A DNA stretch of 64,000 nt from an uncultured Gemmatimonadales bacterium. Lineage in GTDB: Bacteria; Gemmatimonadota; Gemmatimonadetes; Gemmatimonadales; Gemmatimonadaceae. Position 1 is the first letter of the stretch, and the number at the start of each line of letters is the position of its first letter. The translations under genes were made by a program, and so were the position numbers. Below the pieces are notes generated by a model. The model searched no databases. It was not told the DNA's origin and saw only the letters and a list, made by a program, of their open reading frames with translations. Shown one piece after another: positions 28,813-39,108 of this stretch. The stretch spans positions 192,001 through 256,000 of the forward strand of contig CAWBZV010000002.1 of NCBI GenBank assembly GCA_963793305.1, in the 5' to 3' direction.

Positions 28813-29007
28813 AGGGATGACGACCCTCGCTTGCATCGCGCCACGGATTGGCGCGAGCTTACTAATCTCGCGCAAGTCCGTTCTCGTTGCGAGCGCCGTG
28901 GTTCTCTTCGGTCTAGGCCAGCGTCAGTTCAGAGAGGTATCGTGGTCGGCACTTCCCAGGTCTCCCGATGCGTGTTCGGCGTTCGGGGGCGATAAACCAG
29001 CGCAGAC

Positions 29008-30462
29008 GTGACGGACGAAAGACTTCACGCGCTAATTGACGAGTTGAGAGCGCTCCCCTCGGAAACAGGATGGGTCGAGTTCAAGACGAACTACGCCGAG
29101 CCTGAGAAGACCGGCAAACTCATCTCGGCGATCTCGAATTCGGCCCGCATGGCGGACCGGTCCGTGGGCTACGTCGTGTGGGGAATCGAAGACGTCACCC
29201 ACAATCTGGTCGGAACGACCTTCAGCCCGCAGTCCGATAAAGTCGGGAATCAGCCACTTGAGTTGTGGTTCTCGACCATGCTCAAGCCGGGTATGTCGCT
29301 CAAATTCCATTCGACGACGCATCCGATGGGTGAGCGGGTTGTTGTGCTGGAGGTCCCCGCGGCGGCGAGCGTGATGACGAAGTTCCAAGAAATCGCGTAC
29401 ATACGGATCGGGAGCGCGGTCACGAAACTCTCGGATCACCCCGAGCGCGAGGCGGAGCTCGTCGCGAAACTGCGGCCTTTCATTTGGGAGCGAGGTCTCG
29501 CGGCGGAGTTTCAGACTGTCGCTGAGGTCGAACAACGCCTTGACATCGATGCCTATTTTCGGCTCATCGAGGCGGCACGGCCCGATGAACCCTCCGAGGT
29601 CATACATCGGCTCGCTGCTGAGCGACTCATCGTGCACGATGTCAAGGACCGTTGGAACATCTACAACCTCGGCGCGCTGCTGTTCGCGACCGACTTGGGC
29701 GCATTCGATTCGACATCACGAAAGGGCGTGCGCGTGACAGTGTACGATGGCCTGGGTAAAGCGAAGACCAAGAGGCACGTGGAAGGGAACCGCGGCTACG
29801 CGGGTTCATTTGAGAATCTCATAGGGTACATCGACGCGCTATTGCCGCGGGAAGAGCAAGTCGTCCCGGCACTGCGTAGCGTTCGACGCGCGTATCCGCC
29901 GATCGCGATTCGTGAGTTGGTAGCCAATGCTCCCGTTCACCAGGATCTCACGATGCCCGGGGTGGGGCCGATGATCGAGATATACGATGACCGAATCGAG
30001 ATCACGAATCCCGGCGCACCGGTCACCGACATGCTGCGGAAGTTGTTCGGTGCCCCGCCGCAGTCGCGAAACGAAATGATGGGCAAATTGATGCGGCGAA
30101 TGAGAATCTGCGAAGAGCGCGGCTCCGGACTCGTGAAAGTCATCTCTTCCGCCGAGGAATACCATTTACCGGCACCGGAATTTCGAACGATCGACGGGCA
30201 CACCCGCGTGACCCTCTTTGGCCCGCGACCATTCTCGGAGATGAATAAGGAGCAGAGAATGCTTGTGTGCTATCAGCATACCGCGCTCCAGTTCCACAAT
30301 CGCAGCTACATGACGAATGCGACCCTGAGAGACCGACTGCAAATCGAGGAGCAAAACAAAGCGCAGGTTTCGCGGGTCATCAGAGACACACTGAACGCGC
30401 GCTGGATTCGTCCCCAAGATCAGGAACGCCCCCGAGCTGGCTACCTGCCGTATTGGGCATAG
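29008..30462 (+). CDS. AlbA_2 (Schlafen-like) + HATPase_c_4 + HTH protein
   Basis: ETGWVEFK, ISAISNS, GYVVWGIED, YIRIGS; YPPIAIRELVANA.VH, IEITNPG, RN....L...RICEERGSG. Confidence 0.85.
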   Translation: MTDERLHALIDELRALPSETGWVEFKTNYAEPEKTGKLISAISNSARMADRSVGYVVWGIEDVTHNLVGTTFSPQSDKVGNQPLELWFSTMLKPGMSLKFHSTTHPMGERVVVLEVPAAASVMTKFQEIAYIRIGSAVTKLSDHPEREAELVAKLRPFIWERGLAAEFQTVAEVEQRLDIDAYFRLIEAARPDEPSEVIHRLAAERLIVHDVKDRWNIYNLGALLFATDLGAFDSTSRKGVRVTVYDGLGKAKTKRHVEGNRGYAGSFENLIGYIDALLPREEQVVPALRSVRRAYPPIAIRELVANAPVHQDLTMPGVGPMIEIYDDRIEITNPGAPVTDMLRKLFGAPPQSRNEMMGKLMRRMRICEERGSGLVKVISSAEEYHLPAPEFRTIDGHTRVTLFGPRPFSEMNKEQRMLVCYQHTALQFHNRSYMTNATLRDRLQIEEQNKAQVSRVIRDTLNARWIRPQDQERPRAGYLPYWA

Positions 30463-30957
30463 AATCAGAGGGCGACCGCGCTTCGCAGGCGTGTGTAATG
30501 AATTGATCGTAGCTGTCAAGCCTGACAGTATGGGTCCGTAACTGATGTAATTGTAATGATTTAGACTGTGCGCAAGAATTGACCATGAATTGACTGTGTG
30601 GAAAACCGAGGGGCGGACAGCAACCATTGGGTGGGTAGCAATCATTGGTCGCGCCCAGTGAGTCATGATCGAGCGGGGCCCCCGTCCTAGGCGGCTAATC
30701 GGCCGCGCGCGCCGCCGATGACGACGGCGGCACATTGATGACGCGGTTTGGACGGCCGCTCCCAGATTGGTCGGCATGGCGCCGCCGTGCTGGCTCGATC
30801 CGCGACTCGCACCCTATTTCCGGCGGTGCGCCTGCGCTCATTTCAGCGCTTCGGCGTGACCGGCGCAGTGGTCGCGACGCGCTGGCGGCACATCACTGGT
30901 TGATCTCCATCGCTCTCGGCGTCACGACTGCGCCACAGGGGCCGCCCGCCCAGAACG

Positions 30958-31319
30958 CTACGACCAGATTTTCCGCATACGAGCCACGACCAGCGTTGCC
31001 TCGGGGTCCGGCAACGTCTCTTTCAGCATCTCTATCGTCCGCCTCAGATGACCCGTGACCTGCTCCCGGTCAACGCCATGGAGCGGCGGGAGACTCGTGC
31101 TCACGATGAACTCGGCAGCACGTAACCCAAGACGTGGCTCAACATCCCTGTCGCGCATGAAGCGCTTGAGGATGCGAATAGCGGTCGGCGCCGCTTCCGA
31201 ATGTCCTGGCGTAGCGCTTCCGGCGGCCGCCCGCCGCCCCTGTTGCCCTCATTGCCGCGCCGGAGTGTGCCGCCATTTCGGCCCGGCTGCACGGAGTTTG
31301 TCACGGAGTTTTCGGCCAC
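30958..31319 (-). CDS. Terminase-small-subunit-like (DUF5681-like) protein, frameshift at ~31197
   Basis: LRRGNEGNRGGGRPPEALR joins (R)EAAPTAIRILKRFMRD...LRAAEFIV after a one-base correction. Confidence 0.45.
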
Positions 31320-31797
31320 CGGGACCCCTCGATTCGGCCAGGGGAAACTCAACGCCCGACCAGTCGCTTCCGAGTTCTGGCAGCTTGATCACAGGCAGCC
31401 GCACTGTCTCGACACGGGCCAGGCCCTCAACTGCGGCGTTGACCTTGACCTTGTCAGCAGTCCCCAGTCCGTACTTGAGCGCGATCTCGACGGCGCGCAG
31501 CTGATCGGCAGGGGTTGGGTCGATCTCGACAACAGACCCATCACGGTCTATGACCCTGACAGGCTGACCATCGATCAGTGGCTTGAGCACTCTCGCGACA
31601 CCAATTCTCGCGATGCGTAGCAATGCCCTTCGGAGCCTATCTGGCGGTTTGCCGCCCCCGCCGCAATGTCCGGGCACGCCGCCGCGACAGAGCTTTCCGT
31701 GGCCGTGGATGGGGGCGACCAATGGCGGGAACTCGTCGTGGCCGGAGCGTTCTTTTGAGGCATGTGTCACGGCTGGCGTCATGCTCGCGAGAGTCAC
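31249..31797 (-). CDS. Terminase-small-subunit-like (DUF5681-like) protein
   Basis: LCRGGVPGHCGGGGKPPDRLRR...DQLRAVEIALKYGLG; similar to the downstream ORF. Confidence 0.45.
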   Translation of the reverse strand: MTLASMTPAVTHASKERSGHDEFPPLVAPIHGHGKLCRGGVPGHCGGGGKPPDRLRRALLRIARIGVARVLKPLIDGQPVRVIDRDGSVVEIDPTPADQLRAVEIALKYGLGTADKVKVNAAVEGLARVETVRLPVIKLPELGSDWSGVEFPLAESRGPGGRKLRDKLRAAGPKWRHTPARQ

Positions 31798-32008
31798 GGG
31801 ACGGTAGTTGCGACGGTAGTTTTAGCGACAGTTCCACATTCGCAATTCGGGCAGTGACCGGCACGAGAATGGTCACCGTTCCGGTCACTGTTCACGACGA
31901 CAAGATCCGCTGTTTGGCCTGCCGAGTCCGGGCGGATTACGGCGGCGTCAGAGAGAGAACCGGCATGATGCCGGAAGGCACGCCGCAATATCGTTAGCTT
32001 ACTAATCT

Positions 32009-34831
32009 ATGTCCGAAGAATCGCTGGTCATCCGTGGCGCGCGCGAGCACAATCTCCGCAACATCAATGTGACGATTCCGCGCGACCGGCTGACCGTGAT
32101 CACGGGGCTGTCGGGATCCGGAAAATCGTCCCTGGCGTTTGACACGATCTATGCCGAAGGCCAACGTCGGTATGTCGAATCCCTCTCGGCCTACGCCCGA
32201 CAGTTCCTCGGGCTCATGGAAAAGCCGAATGTCGACTCGATCGAGGGCCTGTCGCCAGCGATCTCGATCGAGCAGAAGACCGCCGGGCATAACCCCCGTT
32301 CAACAGTAGGGACCGTCACGGAGATCTACGACTATCTCCGTCTCCTGTACGCCCGTGTCGGCACCCCACATTGCGCGAGCTGCGGGCGGCCCGTCGAGCG
32401 GCAGAGCGCCGGTCAGATCGCCGAGATCGTTCTCGCCTGGCCGGCCCGCACGCGCATCGAGGTCCTCGCGCCTCTGGTCCGTGGACGGAAGGGCGAATTC
32501 CGCGAATTGTTCGACTCGGCTCGTAAGCAAGGGTTCGTTCGCGCCTACGTCGACGGCGACCTGATCGAGCTGGCCAATCCACCCAAGCTCAACCGCCGCC
32601 AGAATCATAGTGTGTCGGTGATCGTCGACCGCTTGGTGGTCGAAAACAAGGATCGCGGTCGTCTCGTCGACTCGCTCGAAACCGCCCTTCGTCTGGCCGA
32701 TGGCCTTGTGGAAGTCTCTCGCGCGGACACCGCCGAAACTCAAATCTTCTCGGAGAAGTACGGCTGTCCGACCTGCGGCATTGCGCTCGCGGAGCTAGAG
32801 CCTCGCCAGTTCTCATTCAACTCGCCATTCGGGGCCTGCCCGGCGTGCAGTGGGCTCGGTACCAGACGTGAGGTCAGCGAGGAGCTCATTCTCGGTGACT
32901 CGAGCATCTCGCTATTGGAGGGCGTGATTCTGCCATGGGGCGAGCCCGATGGGTATCTGCGCAAAGTCATCCTGCCGGGGCTCGCCAAGCGCTTCAAGTT
33001 CGACCTGAACACCCCGTGGGGAAAGCTGCCGCCCTCGGTGCAGCACGTGTTGCTGCACGGGGCGCCGAGTGGTGACGCGACGAAGTGGGAAGGCATCATC
33101 GCGAATATCCAACGTCGCCATGATGAGACCGAATCGGACACGATCCGGATGGAGCTGGCGCAGTACATGGTTGGCGTTCCGTGTTCGGCGTGCGCTGGTC
33201 GCCGACTCAAGCCAGAGTCGCTCGCCGTGACCATCGCCGATCGCAATATTGGCGAAGTCACGGAGTTTTCAGTCGCCGATGCCGATCGGTTCTTCGACAC
33301 GCTGACGCTCAGGCAATCGGAGATCGCGGGGCCGATTCTCAAGGAGATTCGCGAGCGCCTGCGGTTCTTGGTTGATGTCGGCCTGGATTATCTCACGTTG
33401 AATCGCTCCGCCGAATCCCTGTCCGGTGGCGAGGCACAGCGCATTCGCCTCGCGACGCAGATCGGTTCGCGGCTGGTGGGTGTGCTCTATATCCTCGACG
33501 AGCCGTCGATCGGCCTGCACCAACGCGACAACGCCCGTCTGCTCGCGACGCTGGCGCGACTCCGCGATCTCGGCAACTCGGTGATCGTCGTCGAGCACGA
33601 CGAAGAGACGATGCGCGCCGCGGACTATCTGCTGGACCTGGGCCCAGGCGCCGGGAAGCACGGCGGACTCGTGGTCGCCGAGGGCTCGATCGCGGATATC
33701 ATGAACAACCCGGATTCACTCACGGGAAAGTATCTGTCCGGCATAGTATCGATTCCCGTGCCGACCGTTCGGCGCCAGTTCGATACAGCGCGCGTGCTCC
33801 GGATCGCCGGCGCCCGCGAGCACAACCTTCGCGACATCACGGTCGACATCCCCCTCGGCTGCTTCGTCGCCGTCACGGGCGTCTCGGGTTCGGGCAAGTC
33901 GACACTGGTCGAGGATATTCTGCATCGCTCGCTGGCCCGGCATTTCTATCGCGCCCGCGTGATCCCCGGCGCATATGATCGTATCACGGGGCTCGAGCAT
34001 CTCGACAAAGTGATCGACATCGATCAGAGCCCAATCGGCCGAACGCCGCGCTCGAACCCAGCGACCTACACCGGACTGTTCACACCAATCCGCGAGCTCT
34101 TCGCCGAGATGCCGGAGGCGAAGATTCGTGGCTACGGCCCGGGTCGATTTTCATTCAATGTGAAGGGTGGCCGTTGCGAAGCGTGTCAGGGCGACGGTCT
34201 CGTGAAGATCGAAATGCATTTCTTGCCGGATGTGTTCGTCCCGTGCGAAGTGTGCAAGGGCAAGCGCTTCAATCGCGAGACGATGGAGGTACGATTCCGC
34301 GGCGCGAGCATCGCCGATGTGCTCGACATGACGGTCGAAGACGCCTGCGAGTTCTTCGCGAATCAACCGCGCATCGCGCAAAAGTTGGAAACCCTGCGCG
34401 ACGTCGGTCTCGGCTACCTGCACTTGGGCCAGAGCGCGACGACGCTTTCCGGTGGCGAAGCCCAGCGCGTCAAACTCGCCACCGAGCTCTCCAAGCGCGA
34501 CACGGGTCGCACGTTCTATATCCTCGATGAGCCAACGACGGGATTGCATTTCGAGGACGTGCGACTGTTGCTCGATGTCCTGCATCGCCTGGTCGATCGG
34601 GGCAACACGGTCCTCGTGATCGAGCACAATCTGGACGTCATCAAGACGGCCGACTGGATCATTGACCTCGGGCCCGAAGGGGGATCGCGCGGTGGCGCGG
34701 TCATCGCGACGGGCACACCCGAGGAGGTCGCGGCGACGGCCGCGTCCTACACGGGCCAGTACTTGCGGCCGTTGTTGGACCGCATACCGGTCGGCGCCGT
34801 CAACGGAGCATGGCAACGCCGAGCAGGATAG
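32009..34831 (+). CDS. uvrA: Excinuclease ABC subunit A
   Basis: [16 protein letters not shown], two LSGGEAQR signatures, zinc fingers. Confidence 0.98.
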   Translation: MSEESLVIRGAREHNLRNINVTIPRDRLTVITGLSGSGKSSLAFDTIYAEGQRRYVESLSAYARQFLGLMEKPNVDSIEGLSPAISIEQKTAGHNPRSTVGTVTEIYDYLRLLYARVGTPHCASCGRPVERQSAGQIAEIVLAWPARTRIEVLAPLVRGRKGEFRELFDSARKQGFVRAYVDGDLIELANPPKLNRRQNHSVSVIVDRLVVENKDRGRLVDSLETALRLADGLVEVSRADTAETQIFSEKYGCPTCGIALAELEPRQFSFNSPFGACPACSGLGTRREVSEELILGDSSISLLEGVILPWGEPDGYLRKVILPGLAKRFKFDLNTPWGKLPPSVQHVLLHGAPSGDATKWEGIIANIQRRHDETESDTIRMELAQYMVGVPCSACAGRRLKPESLAVTIADRNIGEVTEFSVADADRFFDTLTLRQSEIAGPILKEIRERLRFLVDVGLDYLTLNRSAESLSGGEAQRIRLATQIGSRLVGVLYILDEPSIGLHQRDNARLLATLARLRDLGNSVIVVEHDEETMRAADYLLDLGPGAGKHGGLVVAEGSIADIMNNPDSLTGKYLSGIVSIPVPTVRRQFDTARVLRIAGAREHNLRDITVDIPLGCFVAVTGVSGSGKSTLVEDILHRSLARHFYRARVIPGAYDRITGLEHLDKVIDIDQSPIGRTPRSNPATYTGLFTPIRELFAEMPEAKIRGYGPGRFSFNVKGGRCEACQGDGLVKIEMHFLPDVFVPCEVCKGKRFNRETMEVRFRGASIADVLDMTVEDACEFFANQPRIAQKLETLRDVGLGYLHLGQSATTLSGGEAQRVKLATELSKRDTGRTFYILDEPTTGLHFEDVRLLLDVLHRLVDRGNTVLVIEHNLDVIKTADWIIDLGPEGGSRGGAVIATGTPEEVAATAASYTGQYLRPLLDRIPVGAVNGAWQRRAG

Positions 34832-35663
34832 CGCCGACGCCGGCCCACTGGCGCCGCGTCAGCCGCTCGTCGAGCACGACGCGCGCGAGCACCACGGTGA
34901 CGCCGCTGGCCAGCGATGAGAGCACCGTGACGATGGCGATGTGACCCGTGCGGAGTCCGGTCGAGTACGCGATGTAGCCGAGCACACCACAGGTGCCATG
35001 GACGAGCAACAGCGCGCGCAGCGTCGGAGCCGGGAGTGCCAGGCTGTGGCCGCGTGATAGCGCGATGGCGCCGGCGGCGAGCGCGCCGGCTCCGTAATAG
35101 ATCCAAACGGGGAGCGCCCACCCGAGCTTCGGCACGGCGAACGCGCCGATGAGCCAGAAGCCGACGCCGAACGCCACGGCGGAGTAGATCGCGGGCCCAA
35201 GTCCCGGCATTGCCGATGCCGGCGCCGCGCCGTTCACGCGTTCGGGCGTGGACGTGCAGGCGACGCCGAGGATGGTGACCATGAGTCCGCCGATGGCGAC
35301 GGCACCGAGGACTTCGCCGGTGGCAACCGACAGGATCATCGTGACCGCGCCGTAGCTCGCCGAGATCGGAGCGACGATCGAGACGACGCCGACGGTGATC
35401 GCGCGATAGAGACAGAGCGTGCCACTCAGCACGATGGCCGATCCAAGGAGCGCCGCGGCCCACGCCGACCACGGAGCAGTCACCGCAAATCCGCCCGGAC
35501 TGGCAATGAGCCACACACTGATGAGAACGAAGGCGGTCGTCTGCGTGAAGAAGACCGTTCGCAGGACCCCGACCCCGCGCCCGGTGAACCGGGCCAGGAG
35601 GTCAGCCGCACCCCATGCGCACGCGGCGAGCAGCCCGAGTATTACACCAGTATATGACCCCAT
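34800..35663 (-). CDS. EamA/DMT family transporter
   Basis: About 10 TM helices; [26 protein letters not shown]. Confidence 0.85.
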   Translation of the reverse strand: MGSYTGVILGLLAACAWGAADLLARFTGRGVGVLRTVFFTQTTAFVLISVWLIASPGGFAVTAPWSAWAAALLGSAIVLSGTLCLYRAITVGVVSIVAPISASYGAVTMILSVATGEVLGAVAIGGLMVTILGVACTSTPERVNGAAPASAMPGLGPAIYSAVAFGVGFWLIGAFAVPKLGWALPVWIYYGAGALAAGAIALSRGHSLALPAPTLRALLLVHGTCGVLGYIAYSTGLRTGHIAIVTVLSSLASGVTVVLARVVLDERLTRRQWAGVGAILLGVAMLR

Positions 35664-35701
35664 ACCGGTAATATACATAATACTGGTGTTATATTGATAG
35701 G

Positions 35702-36268
35702 GTGTTCGAGTACATCAGCGGCGACATGGCCGCCGACCTCGTCAACGCCGGCGAGCGCCTCAGTGATTATGGCCAGCTCCTCGAATGGGCCCAAGGGGCT
35801 GGGGCTACTTCAGCCGCAGCTGCTGAGCGTTTGAAGATGGTGGCCCGGGCGAAGCCCGCAGAAGCGGCCGCCGCACTCCGAGCCGCGCATCGGCTTCGGG
35901 ACATCATTCACGACGTATATGCCGCGGTGATCGCCGGCCGCTCGCCCGACCTCGCCGCTCTCAACGGCGAGCTCTCGCGGGTGCTCCCGCGACGGCAGTT
36001 GGAGGGCAACCATTGGATATGGCTCGGCGCGGACCGCGATCTCGAATCGCCGTTGTGGCCCGTCGTCCTCGCGGCGGCGACGCTTCTCACGTCTCCGGAT
36101 GCCGCCCGACTCCGGATCTGCGCCCAGCAGGACTGTGGGTGGATGTTTGTCGATCGGAGCCGCAACGGATTCCGGCGATGGTGCTCGATGGCCGACTGCG
36201 GGACCCGCGAGAAGTCGAGGCGTCGCGCGGCAAAACAAAGCGCAAGCGTTGCTCGTAGAGCCCCGTAA
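35702..36268 (+). CDS. ABATE/CGNR zinc-finger domain protein
   Basis: ADLVN; CAQQDCGWMFVDRSRNGFRRWCSMADCGTR. Confidence 0.88.
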   Translation: MFEYISGDMAADLVNAGERLSDYGQLLEWAQGAGATSAAAAERLKMVARAKPAEAAAALRAAHRLRDIIHDVYAAVIAGRSPDLAALNGELSRVLPRRQLEGNHWIWLGADRDLESPLWPVVLAAATLLTSPDAARLRICAQQDCGWMFVDRSRNGFRRWCSMADCGTREKSRRRAAKQSASVARRAP

Positions 36269-36283
36269 CGTCTATTATCGTCT

Positions 36284-36688
36284 ATGGTCACCCGCGAAGA
36301 CATTGAGAGCTTTCTCGACCGCCTGAGCGCCGAAGGGGCGAGCTACAGCGAGGTCGAACCGGGGCTCTGGATCGTTAAACCCAATGGCGCCCTCGATTTG
36401 GACGTCGTGGTCCACTACTCGCCGCCGGTAGTCGTCTTACGTGTGAAGGTGATGAACCTCCCGCGCGACGAGTCGGCGTCGGGACACCTGGCCAGGCGCT
36501 TACTACAGTTGAATGCAACCGATCTCGTCCACGGCTCGTACGGTATAGAACGGGAAAATGTCGTGCTCACCGAGGCGCTGGAGCTCGGCTCTTTGGACTT
36601 CGACGAGTTTCTCGCGGCGTACGAGGGTATGACGCTGGCGCTCGGTGCTCATTTGAAAGAGCTCGGCGCCTACCGCGACGGGCGCTGA
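36284..36688 (+). CDS. YbjN/CesT-like chaperone-fold protein
   Basis: LLQLNATDLVHGSYG motif; directly upstream of pspA. Confidence 0.7.
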   Translation: MVTREDIESFLDRLSAEGASYSEVEPGLWIVKPNGALDLDVVVHYSPPVVVLRVKVMNLPRDESASGHLARRLLQLNATDLVHGSYGIERENVVLTEALELGSLDFDEFLAAYEGMTLALGAHLKELGAYRDGR

Positions 36689-36703
36689 CCTCAGGACGCA
36701 TCC

Positions 36704-37495
36704 ATGGGCCTTTTTGATCGCTTATCAACGCTGCTCAAATCGAACATCAATGATCTCATCTCCTCGGCGGAAAACCCCGAGAAGATGCTCAACCAGATCA
36801 TTGTCGACATGCGGTCGCAACTCGTCAAAGCGAAGCAGCAAGTCGCGACCGCGATCGCCGACGAGAAGCGCCTGCATGACCAGGCCGACACCGAATTCCG
36901 GCAGGCCGAGGATTGGGAGAAACGGGCCGTGCTCGCCGTGCGCGAGTCGCGCGATGACCTGGCCAAGCAGGCTTTGGTTCGCCAGTCCGAGCATCTGCAG
37001 CACGGGCAGGTCCTCCAGCAGACGTGGGAGTCCCACCGGCTGGAGACCGAGAAGCTCAAGAACTCGCTGCGCGATCTGAACGACAAGATCGAAGAGGCGA
37101 AGCGCAAAAAGAATTTGCTCATCGCGCGTCAGCGCCGGGCCCAGGCTCAAAAGCGCATTGCCGAGACGATGTCCGCGCTGTCCGAGAAGTCGGCCTTCGA
37201 GGCGTTCGCCCGGATGGAAGAGCGCATTGAGCAGAGCGAGCGCCAGATCAAGGCGTCGACCGAAATCGACGAGGAGTTCACTGGCGATCGCCTGGCGAAG
37301 GACTTCAAGCAGCTCGAGGTCTCGGCCACGGCATCCAACGCCGACTCTCAGCTCCTGGCGCTCAAGCAGAAAATGGGAATGCTCGGTTCCGGTGCCGCGC
37401 CCGACAACCGGCAGCTCGGCGCCGGTGAGGTCGCGCACGAAGAGATCGTGCATGATGCCGAGGTCGAGACACCGGACCCTAAGAAACCGGCTTGA
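36704..37495 (+). CDS. pspA: PspA/IM30 family protein
   Basis: MGLFDRL..., ENPEKML, RDDLAKQAL, AFARMEERI. Confidence 0.92.
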   Translation: MGLFDRLSTLLKSNINDLISSAENPEKMLNQIIVDMRSQLVKAKQQVATAIADEKRLHDQADTEFRQAEDWEKRAVLAVRESRDDLAKQALVRQSEHLQHGQVLQQTWESHRLETEKLKNSLRDLNDKIEEAKRKKNLLIARQRRAQAQKRIAETMSALSEKSAFEAFARMEERIEQSERQIKASTEIDEEFTGDRLAKDFKQLEVSATASNADSQLLALKQKMGMLGSGAAPDNRQLGAGEVAHEEIVHDAEVETPDPKKPA

Positions 37496-37595
37496 ATACA
37501 GCGACCGCTGCGCGGTCGACTGCTCAAGCCGCGCCCCGACTGCTTCACGCTCCGTACCCCGGTTCAGACGCCGATGACAATGGCAGGGAGCCGGT

Positions 37596-38823
37596 GTGAC
37601 CACTGACGGACGCCATACCGTGAGCGCGGCAGCCACGCAGAAGCCAGTCCGGATCGCGCCGATCCTGACGGCCGTGGTCCTCACGGGCCTGCTGCTCTGG
37701 ATGTTCCTCAAAACATCCGATGTCTTCCTGCTGCTCTTCCTCGCGACGCTGTTAGCGCTCTACCTCGGCGCCGTCGCCGATTTCATCGCGCGCCGCACGC
37801 AGCTCCCCCGCCCGATGGCATTCGGGCTCGGCGTAGTGCTCACGCTGTCGGTTGGCGCAGGCATCGTCGGCCTGCTCGTACCGCCAGTCGTGCAGCAGTC
37901 GCAAGAGCTCTTCGGTCTCGTTCCATCGACCGTGAGCGCCTTGCAACGCGAGATCGCGACCCTCTCCGCGAAATTCCCAGGGCTGGCCAAGCAAATCGGC
38001 CCCATTCAGGACCAGGTCCTGAATAACCTACCGGGCCAGATCTCGGCCGTCGTCGGCGACGTCGTCCCTCGCGTCTTCTCGGTGCTGGAAGCGATCACTA
38101 TCCTGTTCACCGTTCTCATCATGGGGATCTACCTGGCACTCGAGCCAGCGGTCTACCGCGAGTGGGTGATCGCGCTCTTCCCTCCGCTCCATCGCGACCT
38201 GGTCCGCGACATCCTGACCGACATGGGCTCCAAGCTGCGCGACTATATCGTCGCGCAGCTCCTGACCATGGTGATCCTCGGCGCCCTGACCGCCTTGGGC
38301 CTCTGGGCGATCCACGTCCCGTTCTGGCTGACGTTCGGTGTCCTGAGCGCGGTTGCCGCAATCATCCCGGTGTACGGTGTGCTCCTGTCGACGGCCGTTC
38401 CCGCGCTGTTCGTGATCAGCCAGCCGAACGGACTCGTTCGCGCGGCGCTCGTGCTCGGCCTCGGCGTCTTGATCCACGTCATCGAGGGCAACTTCGTCGC
38501 GCCGAACATCATGTCGAAGCGCGTCGATCTGCCGCCGGTCCTGACGATGTTGGCCGTGCTGATCTTCGGCGAGCTCCTCGGTCCGGTCGGTTTGCTCGTG
38601 TCCGTCCCATTGCTCGTCGTGATCATGGTGCTCGTCCACCGCTTGCTCGTCGCGCGGCTCTACGAGGGGCGCGGCTTCCGTCGCGCGCGCCGCGATGGTC
38701 CGATCACCGTGCGCGTACCGGCGGCCGAGGGTGGTGGCAGCGGTATTGCCGTCTCGGCGTATGATGGCATGCCGCTCGAACGTCATCGCGTTATCCGAGC
38801 GAGCGCGAGCCGGTCCCAGCTAG
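37596..38823 (+). CDS. AI-2E family transporter (frameshift at 38778-38784; corrected stop 38823)
   Basis: IIPVYG, IEGNFVAPNIMSKRVDLPP, LLGPVGLLVSVP. Confidence 0.85.
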
Positions 38824-38848
38824 CGATCGATAGCGATGGCGCGCGTCG

Positions 38849-38887
38849 TGGCGTGATGACGGGCTTCGTCCCGCATCACGCCATTTT
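38849..38887 (+). terminator. Intrinsic terminator-like or 5' leader hairpin
   Basis: TGGCGTGATG-A-CGGG/CCCG-CATCACGCCA stem followed by TTTT. Confidence 0.5.
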
Positions 38888-38916
38888 CGTCTCCGACCAT
38901 TTCACAAGGAGACGTC

Positions 38917-39108
38917 ATGAACAAACTCGCCCTCGCCCTCTGCTTGGCCACGAGTCTCGTCGTAGCGCCGGCCGCGCCGGCTCAATCGTGTCTCGTTTCA
39001 TCGTTCAGTAGTTGTGGCGGGACATTCTCCGGCGCAGACTGGTTCTGGGTCGCGCTGCAGGACTACTGTGGGTGGACCCGGTTCATCCTGTGCGATTTCG
39101 GTTTCTAG
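38917..39108 (+). CDS. Small secreted Cys-rich peptide (twin CX7C)
   Basis: AAGGAG RBS; 22-aa signal peptide ending A-P-A; 41-aa mature part with 4 Cys. Confidence 0.7.
   Translation: MNKLALALCLATSLVVAPAAPAQSCLVSSFSSCGGTFSGADWFWVALQDYCGWTRFILCDFGF

Larger units (their letters stand above)
28856..32008. mobile_element. Putative genomic island bounded by the 13-bp direct repeat AGCTTACTAATCT
   Basis: Identical 13-mers at 28856-28868 and 31996-32008; visibly more AT-rich interior; accessory genes; no integrase seen. Confidence 0.55.
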
